A DNA stretch of 64,000 bases from an uncultured Ruminococcus sp. (GTDB taxonomy: Bacteria; Bacillota; Clostridia; Oscillospirales; CAG-272), in contig CAYSEF010000002.1 of the NCBI GenBank assembly GCA_964430105.1, positions 10,411-74,410 of the forward strand. Reading direction: 5' to 3'. Position 1 is the stretch's first letter, and every line of letters starts with the position of its first letter. The notes beneath the pieces were generated by a model. The model saw only the letters and a list, made by a program, of their open reading frames with translations. It did no database searches and was not told the DNA's origin. A program made the translations under genes and the position numbers. This document shows positions 30,606-39,854 of the stretch, one piece after another.

Positions 30606-32105
30606 TCAAATTACATAAGCATTCCCTTCCCTGACAGCTTCATGGCCAAGTCTGAACCTTTTTTCAACGTCCCATTCGCTCTCTCCTGAGTCGGGAATGT
30701 ATACTCTGATCATGTTTTTCTTTGTTTTTTCCACATTCTCGGTCGGAGTAAGCCTTACAGCGATGCTTTTTGTTGTTTCTGCAAGCATTGCCAATGTTAT
30801 CGCAAGTTCAGCTGTAAGATTCAGCGTGTTTCCGTCAGCCCTTGCATTTATTTCCGTAACATCGACCTGCATACGTCCGAGAAGATGCTCTGCGTTCAGC
30901 TTCCCTGCTTCCGAGGATGCTTCACATTCGTATTTGAGTGGTATAGTTACATCGTCAAGGTAAAATTCTCCGTTTCCAACTGTTATTACATTCAATTTCA
31001 CTGCTCCGCTTACTGTCATTTTACCACTGTTTATTTCCGATTTATCAGGCACACCTGTTCCCCATGCATAAACAAATGTGCTTCCGTTTCGCATGGGTAT
31101 CGTTGCAGAGGTCGTAAGTCTGCCATTTACAGCTGAAGCTGCGGAAAGCACCTTAATCTCAGCTGTATCAAGTATGTCTTCGCTGTCCGGAAGGTACGCA
31201 TCTGTCGTTATCTCTGCAATTATCGAATGTGTGATATCGCAATCAATATCATATTCCATTTTCCAAACAAAATTTCCACCGGAGCCTTCAATATCGATCA
31301 TTACGACCTTGCCAAACGCAGTCGCAGCTACAGATTTAGTATTATTAACGTCAGTCTGCTTATCGGGCAATAATATTTCTTCATCAATCGGTGCTCGTGA
31401 GCGAGATACAACATATTCGCCATCGGGAGTCTGCATTAGTGCGTTCAAATATGCGTCTCCTTTTATGACAATACGGTTTTTATCGGAATTTTTATTGTCA
31501 CATCGCACATCGTTCAGGCAAAGATTTCCATTTGCGCAGATGAGCTTCATGCCCTCTCTCTCTCTTATCTCTCCACTCACCTCGCCCGTCTGTCTTATCT
31601 CAGTCATATAAGCAGTTGAAACATCTAAGGCACGTCTTCGTACTGTTTTTTCTGATGCTTCAGAGGTTTTCTCGATTTTCAATGATGCATCCTGTGGTTT
31701 CTGTGACAATGCCGACAGCTTCACCTTAGACGACAAAGTAAGCTTTCTCGGAGCAGTCACACGGCAATTCACGTTGTCAAGATTTGCTGACAGCACAATA
31801 TCTCCGGCAGAAAAATGCGAAATTTCACTTTCATCGCCATTTGATATCGGAATATGCCCCGTATACTGCGTAGTTTGAGAAAACTGTGCAAGAGAGCCGT
31901 CACTCGTGGTGTACAAAACCGTATAAGTCACGCCACCATCCGCTTCAAGCTCATCACCCGACAGATATTTTCCGTCAACAGTTGCGTTAGTTTGTACTGC
32001 AACTATGCGACGCACCTCCGGAAGATAATCAGGCAAGGTCACATCCTCGACAACGTCGGTCGTTACTGTCGGATCAAAGCGTTTTACAAATAATGTAGAA
32101 TTCAT
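30606..32105 (-). CDS. DUF3794-like repeat protein (sporulation-associated family in Firmicutes)
   Basis: ...EDVTLPDYLPEVRRIVAVQTNATVDGKYL...GGVTYTVLYT matches my memory of the DUF3794 signature. The ATG at 32105 follows GAAAGGA, whereas the track start at 32138 has no RBS. Confidence 0.6.
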   Translation of the reverse strand: MNSTLFVKRFDPTVTTDVVEDVTLPDYLPEVRRIVAVQTNATVDGKYLSGDELEADGGVTYTVLYTTSDGSLAQFSQTTQYTGHIPISNGDESEISHFSAGDIVLSANLDNVNCRVTAPRKLTLSSKVKLSALSQKPQDASLKIEKTSEASEKTVRRRALDVSTAYMTEIRQTGEVSGEIREREGMKLICANGNLCLNDVRCDNKNSDKNRIVIKGDAYLNALMQTPDGEYVVSRSRAPIDEEILLPDKQTDVNNTKSVAATAFGKVVMIDIEGSGGNFVWKMEYDIDCDITHSIIAEITTDAYLPDSEDILDTAEIKVLSAASAVNGRLTTSATIPMRNGSTFVYAWGTGVPDKSEINSGKMTVSGAVKLNVITVGNGEFYLDDVTIPLKYECEASSEAGKLNAEHLLGRMQVDVTEINARADGNTLNLTAELAITLAMLAETTKSIAVRLTPTENVEKTKKNMIRVYIPDSGESEWDVEKRFRLGHEAVREGNAYVI

Positions 32106-32257
32106 TGCGGTATCCTTTCGTGTGGTTTGATTGTTCATGAGATTTTATGCGTGAGAGGCTTAAATAATGCAGTGAAATTGCGTATCAATGCAGTTTTTCA
32201 ATATTTTTTCTGATGCATTTTCGCAATGTTAATGAAATCCCCATCAAAACTTTTCTA

Positions 32258-32286
32258 TTGACATACCGTGGATAGTATGTTATAAT
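32258..32286 (+). promoter_or_regulatory. Sigma-A type promoter of the CNNM transporter leader
   Basis: TTGACA (32258-32263), 17 nt, then TATAAT (32281-32286). Confidence 0.7.
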
Positions 32287-32292
32287 AGCACT

Positions 32293-32442
32293 AATTACAT
32301 TTATCCACGGAGGACGATCCACAATGGACAGCGGCGATAACGATAGTTGCCACCGAAGTACCACAATTAAATATGCTGCCTGTGATGTTTGCTTAAGCAA
32401 GGCATTCCTGCGCTCACATTTAGGGTACAGGTATGCCTTTTT
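32293..32442 (+). promoter_or_regulatory. Unclassified riboswitch-like/attenuator leader with an intrinsic terminator
   Basis: Terminator AGGCATTCCTG (32400-32410)/CAGGTATGCCT (32428-32438) plus T5. The upstream TGCCT (32377-32381) can pair with the AGGCA of the terminator's left arm, giving an antiterminator alternative. About 100 nt of structured sequence precede it. Confidence 0.5.
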
Positions 32443-32537
32443 GTGCTACCTCAGGCTTCGGTCATGATTTTTCCTGCGATTTAATCAAGCTTTTTTTATA
32501 ACACAATTAACGTAAAATTTTATCGGAGGAAAATATC

Positions 32538-33881
32538 TTGAAATCAGTTTGGTCACCGCTTCTTTTACAGGTAATTCTTATCGCATTGAACGCAATTTTC
32601 GCCTGTGCAGAGATTGCAGTTCTTTCTGTAAATGAAGCAAAAATATCAAAGCTCGAAGAAGCGGGCAACAAAAAAGCTAAAAAACTACGAAAACTTACTG
32701 AGCACCCCTCAAAGTTCCTTTCTACAATTCAGGTTGCTATCACCTTGTCCGGATTTCTCGGCTCGGCGTTCGCAGCTGACAACTTCGCTGTACGCCTTGT
32801 TGATTGGGTAGTCGGTATGGGTCTTAATGTTGACAGAAATCTTCTCCAAAGCATTGCAGTCATCATTATAACACTCGTTCTCTCCTACTTTACTCTTATC
32901 CTGGGCGAGCTGGTTCCTAAGCGTATCGCAATGAAGAAAAGCGAAACTATCGCTCTTGCACTTGCACCAATGCTCAGCGCAGTAGCAAAGGTTTTTACAC
33001 CTATCGTATGGTTCCTTTCTCTTTCTACAAACGGTGTTCTCCGTCTTATCGGAATTGACCCCAACGAAGAAGATGAAAATGTCAGCGAGGAAGAAATTCG
33101 TCTGCTCACAGATGAAGCAGGTGAAAAGGGTGTTATCGATGAACAGGAGCAGGAAATCATTCAGAACGTATTTGAATTCGATGATCTTACTGTGAGCGAA
33201 TTTGCTACGCATCGTACAGATATTTCTGTTCTCTGGCTTGAGGAAGACAATGAAGCATGGAAAAAGACTATACTCGAAACCAGTCATTCGTACTATCCGA
33301 TATGCAGTGATACCATCGACAATGTTGTTGGTGTGCTTTCAATGAAGAATTACTTCCGCTTACATAATTCCGACAGAGATACTCTCATGAAGGAAGCTGT
33401 AAAGCCTGCACATTTCGTATCGGAAGGCACTCATGCGGACGTTCTTTTCAAGCAGATGAAGTCTTCACACAATCATTTTGCAGTTGTTCTCGATGAATAC
33501 GGCGGAATGGCAGGTATTGTAACAATGAATGACCTTCTTGAACAGCTTGTCGGCGATTTCAACGGTGAACCTGAAAAAATCGAAGAAGCAGATATCCGCA
33601 ATATCTCGGAGGATACATGGGAAATCAAGGGAACTGCCGCACTCAGCGATGTCGGTAAGGAGCTTGGACTCGACATGGAAGAGCTTGATCACGACACTAT
33701 GGGCGGTTATGTATTCTCAAATTACGGCATGATTCCGGATGATGGCAGCGAATTTGAAATAGAACTTCCCCGTTTGCACATTCATGTTACTGAGATCAAG
33801 GATCACAGAATCGTGAAAATGACAGTAACTAAGCTCGCTGTAGAGGACGAAGCTGAAGCTGACAACGGAAACGAAGATTAA
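32538..33881 (+). CDS. CNNM/CorC-type hemolysin-family transporter (DUF21 + CBS pair + CorC_HlyC)
   Basis: N-terminal 4-TM DUF21 (...ALNAIFACAEIAVLSV...), CBS region (...VMTHRTDI-like ATHRTDISVL) and a C-terminal CorC_HlyC part. TTG start 8 nt after GGAGG. Confidence 0.9.
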   Translation: MKSVWSPLLLQVILIALNAIFACAEIAVLSVNEAKISKLEEAGNKKAKKLRKLTEHPSKFLSTIQVAITLSGFLGSAFAADNFAVRLVDWVVGMGLNVDRNLLQSIAVIIITLVLSYFTLILGELVPKRIAMKKSETIALALAPMLSAVAKVFTPIVWFLSLSTNGVLRLIGIDPNEEDENVSEEEIRLLTDEAGEKGVIDEQEQEIIQNVFEFDDLTVSEFATHRTDISVLWLEEDNEAWKKTILETSHSYYPICSDTIDNVVGVLSMKNYFRLHNSDRDTLMKEAVKPAHFVSEGTHADVLFKQMKSSHNHFAVVLDEYGGMAGIVTMNDLLEQLVGDFNGEPEKIEEADIRNISEDTWEIKGTAALSDVGKELGLDMEELDHDTMGGYVFSNYGMIPDDGSEFEIELPRLHIHVTEIKDHRIVKMTVTKLAVEDEAEADNGNED

Positions 33882-33905
33882 CTAAAAATTCAATATTTCA
33901 CACCT

Positions 33906-33954
33906 GGCGTATCGCATTTGCATTTGATAATGTAATTTGCGATACGCCTTTTTT
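33906..33954 (+). terminator. Intrinsic terminator after the CNNM gene
   Basis: Perfect 11-bp stem GGCGTATCGCA/TGCGATACGCC followed by T6. Confidence 0.8.
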
Positions 33955-33991
33955 CAGCCTCAAATTTGTACCCTAATTATGTGCAAAACGA

Positions 33992-34020
33992 TTGACAGAA
34001 GCTGAAAAAGATGTTATAAT
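33992..34020 (+). promoter_or_regulatory. Consensus sigma-A promoter of the TerB/ATPase/helicase operon
   Basis: TTGACA (33992-33997), 17 nt, then TATAAT (34015-34020). The track ORF 'start' at 33992 is in fact the -35 hexamer. Confidence 0.7.
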
Positions 34021-34069
34021 GATGTATTACGAACTAATGTTTGTTTTTGTCAAAAAAGAGGTACACGGC

Positions 34070-36157
34070 ATGAGCAATAATCACAAAAACAAGTCAGAAG
34101 AATACAACATTGAGCTGAATAAAACAGTCGAGGATATACTCATTAAGGTAAATGAAGTCCTCAACGATGCTCAAAAGAACAACAATACCGAAATCGATGT
34201 TTCTCTTAATCTCGAGCTTGATACACTCACGCCCACAGAACGCTCCGTTTCAGAATCAACACCTGCTCCCGTGAGAGGTGACGACAATTTTTGGGATCTC
34301 GGAAAACCAAAGCCCCGTGTATATGCACAGCCGAAATTCTCCGCCGATTCATTGAGTGTGACGGAAATTCACGACACTTCCGATATCGAGAGCAAGTCAA
34401 ATTCGTCGGATTCTGAGCAAAACAGCACAAACACAGCTAAAGCTGAGAAAATACTCCCTCGTGAGGCGTATGATTTTCGTGACAAAGAAGCTGCACGTCG
34501 TCCTGCTGACAATATTCACAGTGTCGGATCATCAGGAAAGGTCGTCAACACAATAAACGGCCCACGTTCTGTTCCGGATTCTGCAAATAGAATCGTCACA
34601 AGCTCATACCGTCGCAAGCCTCCTATAAATAAAAACCCCTTAAACGCACGAAAGCCTGCCGAAACTGTTAAGTCTTACCGTCCAGACGGTATTCTCATAC
34701 GAGAAGTTATCGTTCGTACTTGGGAAACCGATATGGAATTCTATGGAAGATTTGCTTCGGATGCACTGATAAGTCATCGTGCATCATCGAAAATTCCTAT
34801 CACAGCAGAGCCGGAGCCTGTGCCGTATTTCTCATATGTCCCGCAATACGCACACATGAACCATTCTCAGCTCGAATACTATCGCTGGGTTCGTGAATGT
34901 ATAAGAAACGGTAAGTATCCCCCCTGCGACCTGTCCTATATTCAGCTGTATATATTTGAAATAATCAATCTTCCGGGTGAAATTCTCCCAAATGACGGTG
35001 CTAATCTTTTAGCCTCAATATGGCTTCATTACCGCAAACAGCACCCTCGCCTTGACGGATATCTCTGCGAATGGTTTGCTGATTATTGTCTTATCGGAGG
35101 ATGCAATATACCATCTGAGCTTAGCTCAATACTGTACGAAATCGTTCCCAAGGCACAGTTCAAGGAATTTTACCTCAACAATTTGTCTGACAGCGGAAAC
35201 GATCTCGGAAAAACTGTACTTGAAGTTTCATCCGACTACGACTATCGCAAAAGCCGTTATTACGCCGACAACAAGGATGCCTATGAAAAATATATTCCAT
35301 CAGCTGTAACCGCTGTTTTGAACGATAGCTGTAAGCATAACCGTGGTATTTTTTCACTCGACAGAACCTATCGCATGACAAGAGACAGCTACTGTGGTGC
35401 TATAGTTTCATCAGGAATAAAACGTCGTATCGATATCGAATTTCTATCCTTTACAAGACGTGCAAACACTCGTCAAGCAGTAACAGCTATTGCAAAATAC
35501 ACTGAAAACAAGCTTCGTGCAGTACTCGGAATTAAAGCAAAGCTTGGTGTAGACAATATAGACCCGATAGATTCCGCACTGCTCGACAAATTCTTTGAGC
35601 CACTCATTCCAGTAAAGCAGAAAAAAACTAAGGATGAGCTGTATATGCCTGCCGATTACATGAAAAACTACGAATCAGAGGATTCCGGCTTTGATTTTGC
35701 GACAGCTCAGGCAATAGAAGCTCAGTCGTGGATGAACACAGGCAGACTTACGGGTGACGAAACAATGCTCTCGGAAAGCTCCGAACCTGTAGCGGAATAT
35801 ATTCCCGATGAAGAACCGGTGATAGATGGCGAAATATCCGCAGATGTCGAAGCACTTGACTGCACAGAAAATGCTGTAAATGGCGAAAGTGTTGACGATA
35901 AAAGCGTAGACGATGCAACGAAAAAAGACGATGCAAACACAGATGAATTTCTAAAAGAAGCACTTCAAGCGTCACTGATAGGCAACTTCAGAGCATTCTG
36001 CCGTTCGCATGAGGTGCATGAGGGTGATATAGCTGACCGTATAAACACTATCTTCCTTGATGAGGATGAGCTTGGAGATGTTGTACTCGAAAATACGGGC
36101 AGTGGATTTGAACTTATAGAAGATTACAGAGAGGATGTTGAAAATTGGCTGTCATAA
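34070..36157 (+). CDS. sngA: TerB-N and TerB-C domain protein (Shango SngA-type)
   Basis: The ATG at 34070 follows AAGAGG. The central ...FSYVPQYAHMNHSQLEYYRWVRECIRNGKYPPCDLSYIQLYIFEIINL... matches the TerB_N signature as I remember it. The C-terminal ...GDIADRINTIFLDEDELGDVVLE...ELIEDY... is TerB_C-like. The N-terminal third is low-complexity. Confidence 0.7.
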   Translation: MSNNHKNKSEEYNIELNKTVEDILIKVNEVLNDAQKNNNTEIDVSLNLELDTLTPTERSVSESTPAPVRGDDNFWDLGKPKPRVYAQPKFSADSLSVTEIHDTSDIESKSNSSDSEQNSTNTAKAEKILPREAYDFRDKEAARRPADNIHSVGSSGKVVNTINGPRSVPDSANRIVTSSYRRKPPINKNPLNARKPAETVKSYRPDGILIREVIVRTWETDMEFYGRFASDALISHRASSKIPITAEPEPVPYFSYVPQYAHMNHSQLEYYRWVRECIRNGKYPPCDLSYIQLYIFEIINLPGEILPNDGANLLASIWLHYRKQHPRLDGYLCEWFADYCLIGGCNIPSELSSILYEIVPKAQFKEFYLNNLSDSGNDLGKTVLEVSSDYDYRKSRYYADNKDAYEKYIPSAVTAVLNDSCKHNRGIFSLDRTYRMTRDSYCGAIVSSGIKRRIDIEFLSFTRRANTRQAVTAIAKYTENKLRAVLGIKAKLGVDNIDPIDSALLDKFFEPLIPVKQKKTKDELYMPADYMKNYESEDSGFDFATAQAIEAQSWMNTGRLTGDETMLSESSEPVAEYIPDEEPVIDGEISADVEALDCTENAVNGESVDDKSVDDATKKDDANTDEFLKEALQASLIGNFRAFCRSHEVHEGDIADRINTIFLDEDELGDVVLENTGSGFELIEDYREDVENWLS

Positions 36158-37569
36158 ATAATGCTGTAACAAAGGTTCCGCGCAGAATACTTGGCACACT
36201 TCTGTCGTCGATGTCAGCCGGAGTCGTTCCGAGAGTAGGCGCACCTTATATCGCAATAGGTCGTACTGAGGAGATCGAAGCACTTGTCAACGCACTCGAC
36301 CGTGTTGCAGATGGCGAAGGCTCTACAAAATTCATCATCGGACGCTACGGTTCGGGTAAAAGCTTCCTGATTCAGCTATCTCGTGGATATGCGCTTGACA
36401 AGGGCTTTATTACCGCTGACTGTGACCTATCTCCCGAAAGAAAATTATCCGGAAACGGAAACAGCGGACTCGCAACTTATCGTGAGCTGATGAAAAATAT
36501 TGCCTGCAAATCATCACCGGATGGCGGTGCACTTCCTGTTATACTCGGAAAATGGTTCACTAATATCGGAAGTGAGCTTGAAGCGGAAGGAATTGCCTCG
36601 TCAAGCGAAAAATATACCGTCGAATTCGGCCATCGCATTATGAAAAATCTGCGTGAGCTTGAAGCTGATGTCGGTGGGTTTGATTTTGCTTCAGTCCTGC
36701 GTGAATACTACTACGGTTGGCGTGACGATGATGATATGAAGCAATCAGCTTGCCTGAAATGGCTCCGTGGAGAATACAACACACGCACAGAAGCTCGTCA
36801 GGCAACAGGAATACGCTCGCTGTCTGTTATAAACGACGATAACTGGTACGATTACCTCAAGCTTATAACAGCCTTTGTTCGACTTGTAGGCTATTCCGGA
36901 CTTTGCGTTTACATTGATGAATGTGTAAATCTTTACAAAATACCGAACAGAATATCGCGTGAAAATAATTACGAAAAAATACTTGCCATGTTCAACGACA
37001 CAATGCAGGGACGTGCTCCCGGAATGATGATCGTTTTTGGCGGTACTCCACAGTTTCTCGAAGACAGCAGACGTGGGCTTTACAGCTATGAAGCTTTGCG
37101 AAGTCGTTTAGCTGACGGTCGTTTCGGCGGAGGAGAGCTTCGTTCACTGATGCAACCCGTAATAAGACTTCGCAGACTTTCCGACAGTGAGCTGTATGCA
37201 CTTGTAATTCGTCTTGCGTCACTGCACGGTGAATATCACAAATGGCAGCCTCGTGTAACGGAAGAAAATATGCGTGACTTTCTCATGGGTTCTCTCTCCC
37301 GTGAAGGTGCCGATTCAATGATAACTCCCCGTGAGGTAATACGAGATTTCGTAACGCTTCTCGATTTGCTATATACAAACACAGATAAATCCTTTGAGGA
37401 TATTGTCGGCGCAGTACAGCGAACAAGTGTTTCAAGAGATATCGATGATGCAGATGATGACACGAGCATGACGATAGCCACAGCCCAGGCGAACACTTCT
37501 GCAAATGCTAATTCTGCCAACACAACTCCGACTAAACCGAAAATTACTCTTGACGATATCGAGTTTTAA
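36145..37569 (+). CDS. sngB: DUF2791/BrxD-like P-loop ATPase (Shango SngB-type)
   Basis: Walker A GRYGSGKSF and Walker B LCVYIDE. The N-terminal ...AGVVPRVGAPYIAIGRTEEIEAL... is typical of DUF2791. TTG start (the only in-frame start after the TGA at 36139) overlaps sngA by 13 nt. Confidence 0.7.
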   Translation: MAVINNAVTKVPRRILGTLLSSMSAGVVPRVGAPYIAIGRTEEIEALVNALDRVADGEGSTKFIIGRYGSGKSFLIQLSRGYALDKGFITADCDLSPERKLSGNGNSGLATYRELMKNIACKSSPDGGALPVILGKWFTNIGSELEAEGIASSSEKYTVEFGHRIMKNLRELEADVGGFDFASVLREYYYGWRDDDDMKQSACLKWLRGEYNTRTEARQATGIRSLSVINDDNWYDYLKLITAFVRLVGYSGLCVYIDECVNLYKIPNRISRENNYEKILAMFNDTMQGRAPGMMIVFGGTPQFLEDSRRGLYSYEALRSRLADGRFGGGELRSLMQPVIRLRRLSDSELYALVIRLASLHGEYHKWQPRVTEENMRDFLMGSLSREGADSMITPREVIRDFVTLLDLLYTNTDKSFEDIVGAVQRTSVSRDIDDADDDTSMTIATAQANTSANANSANTTPTKPKITLDDIEF

Positions 37570-37627
37570 TTCAACAATGCACAGCTTTGATTGTGCCTAA
37601 ATTTTAATTTTCACAATGGAGGCTCCA

Positions 37628-39844
37628 ATGTCCGTATTCGACAAATATTCCCCTTTCATTCGTGAATATATCTATTCCCACGGCTGGGACTCACTTTCTC
37701 CCGTACAGGTTGCGGCCGCTGAGATACTTTTTTCATCTGACTGCAACCTTCTTCTGCCTTCTCAAACTGCATCAGGCAAAACAGAAGCCGCTTTTTTCCC
37801 GATACTCTCCGAATTTTACGATGATATGCCAAATTCCTTCGGTGCTATCTATATAGCTCCGCTGAAATCGCTTATCAATGACCAGTTCGGGCGAATATCT
37901 GAGCTTTGTGACGAAACCGGTATACCTGTCTATCATTGGCACGGTGATGTGGCAGCCTCACACAAGCAGAAGGCTCTTAAAAATCCACGCGGAATTTTAC
38001 AAATCACGCCGGAATCGCTTGAAGCTATGCTTATCACACGTTCGTCAGACCTCATTCGACTTTTCGGTGATCTAAGATATGTAGTTATCGATGAAATTCA
38101 CACGCTCACGGGAGTTGACAGAGGAAATCAAATAATCTGTCAGCTCAGCAGACTTCGTGAAAAAACAGGTGTATCTCCAAGACGAATCGGGCTTTCCGCA
38201 ACTCTCGGTGATATGGAAAGAGCAGCGTCATGGCTCGGTGCAGGAAGCGGTCGAGATACAAAAATTCCTGCTATTCCTCCGTCAAAGGTAAAATGGCGAC
38301 TCGGAATGGAGCATTTCTACATCGTCGATAAGGATGTAGCAGAATCCATGACACCCGAAAACAACCGTCGTGAGGAGCATATTTCCCTCGACAAAGGATA
38401 CGAATATATCTACGATGCCACAAAAGGCAAAAAAGCTATTGTTTTTTCAAATTCACGAGAAGAAACGGAATACATCTGCGCTACTCTGCGAGAAATTGCG
38501 ACATACAGAGGTGAGCCTGACGTTTTCCTGATACATCACGGATTTCTTTCGGCAAGCATACGAGAAGAAGCTGAGCTGAAAATGAAGGATGATGACATTA
38601 AAGCTGTAGCCTGTGCAACCGTTACAATGGAGCTTGGCATAGATATAGGACGGCTTGAGCGTGTGATACAGCAAGGCTCACCCAATACAGTATCGTCATT
38701 CCTGCAAAGGCTCGGCAGATCCGGCAGACGTGGTGATCCGCCTGAAATGATGATGGTATTCCGTGAAGAAAATGCACTTCCGAATACTCCCCTTCCACAG
38801 CTAATACCGTGGGAACTGCTGAAGGCTATTGCTATTGTACAGCTTTATATTGAGGAACGCTTTATAGAGCCACCTATGCTTCGTCGCTGTCCGTTCTCAC
38901 TTCTTTTTCAGCAGACCTTATCTGTAGTTGCCTCATCCGGTGCTATAACCGCAAAAGAGCTTGCTCAAAAGATTCTCTCACTCCCTCCGTTTGCATATAT
39001 CGAAGAAAACGACTACAAAACGCTCCTTCTTTCTATGATAAACAACGACTGGCTCGAATTAACTGACGAACGTGAGATTATCGTAGGTCTGCGTGGCGAA
39101 CGTCTTGTAAATTCGTTCAAATTCTATGCTGTATTCAAGGACAGCGAGGATTACACGGTTCGCTGTGAATCTGATGAGATAGGCGTTATAACGACTCCAC
39201 CTCCGGTAGGTGACAGATTCGCACTTGCAGGTCGAGTTTGGGAAGTAGAGGAGCTTGATATTCCACGACATCTTATATATGTAAAAGCAGTTCAGGGCAA
39301 AATGGAAATATCGTGGCCCGGTGACTATGGCGAGGTTCACACTCGAATACTTGAAAGAATGCGTCAGGTACTCTGTGAAGATACGGAATATCCATACCTC
39401 CGTGAAGGGGCACTTCAAAGGCTGAGAGTAGCTCGTGCAGTCGCTCGAAATACCGGTCTTTGCAATTCATGTATACTTCCACTCGGCGGATACACATGGG
39501 CATTGTTCCCGTGGCTCGGTACACGCAGTTTCAGAACCTTACGCAGATATCTCGTAAGAAATGCAGGCAAATTCAAGCTTACCGGCATGGATTTTGAAGG
39601 TTGCTATTATATGACCTTCAAGCTTGAGGGCGGTCGTGGTGATGATCTAATGAAAATGATAGCAGAAAAGATCGGCAATGAAGGAATTGATCTCGACTCA
39701 CTCATAAATCCAAACGAAACCCCTGTTTTTGACAAATACGACGAATTTATCCCAAGTGAACTTTTACAAAAGGCATATCGTGAGGATAAACTGCGCTCTG
39801 ATGAAATTCTGAATCGGCTTGAAAATTACGGCTTTAAGCTGTAA
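37628..39844 (+). CDS. sngC: Lhr-like DEAD/DEAH-box SF2 helicase (Shango SngC-type)
   Basis: Motif I SQTASGKT, motif II VIDEIH, motif III SATLG and motif VI QRLGRSGRRG, with a long C-terminal extension. The ATG at 37628 is 5 nt after GGAGG; 37616 is an alternative start. Confidence 0.8.
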   Translation: MSVFDKYSPFIREYIYSHGWDSLSPVQVAAAEILFSSDCNLLLPSQTASGKTEAAFFPILSEFYDDMPNSFGAIYIAPLKSLINDQFGRISELCDETGIPVYHWHGDVAASHKQKALKNPRGILQITPESLEAMLITRSSDLIRLFGDLRYVVIDEIHTLTGVDRGNQIICQLSRLREKTGVSPRRIGLSATLGDMERAASWLGAGSGRDTKIPAIPPSKVKWRLGMEHFYIVDKDVAESMTPENNRREEHISLDKGYEYIYDATKGKKAIVFSNSREETEYICATLREIATYRGEPDVFLIHHGFLSASIREEAELKMKDDDIKAVACATVTMELGIDIGRLERVIQQGSPNTVSSFLQRLGRSGRRGDPPEMMMVFREENALPNTPLPQLIPWELLKAIAIVQLYIEERFIEPPMLRRCPFSLLFQQTLSVVASSGAITAKELAQKILSLPPFAYIEENDYKTLLLSMINNDWLELTDEREIIVGLRGERLVNSFKFYAVFKDSEDYTVRCESDEIGVITTPPPVGDRFALAGRVWEVEELDIPRHLIYVKAVQGKMEISWPGDYGEVHTRILERMRQVLCEDTEYPYLREGALQRLRVARAVARNTGLCNSCILPLGGYTWALFPWLGTRSFRTLRRYLVRNAGKFKLTGMDFEGCYYMTFKLEGGRGDDLMKMIAEKIGNEGIDLDSLINPNETPVFDKYDEFIPSELLQKAYREDKLRSDEILNRLENYGFKL

Positions 39845-39854
39845 GCCATGGAAA

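Noticed and set aside
32300-32370. Possible guanidine-II (ACGA loops in GGAGGACGAUCC and GAUAACGAUAG) or fluoride (GGCGAU...GCC) riboswitch
   Set aside because: The stems closing the ACGA sequences are weak or irregular. The fluoride-motif loop and the downstream conserved segments are not present. The gene context (CNNM) is also not typical, so I left the leader unclassified.
32185-32400. 71-aa minus-strand ORF in the CNNM leader region
   Set aside because: It overlaps the consensus promoter and the structured leader, and it has no RBS. The region is better explained as regulatory RNA or DNA.
33992-34069. Track start of the TerB protein at TTG 33992 (and similar N-terminal extensions at 2726, 5782, 7990, 21509, 28684, 32138, 43066, 57336 and 59905)
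   Set aside because: In each case an internal ATG with a proper GGAGG-type RBS, a signal peptide or the family-typical N-terminus fits better. At 33992 the 'start codon' is the -35 hexamer of the promoter.
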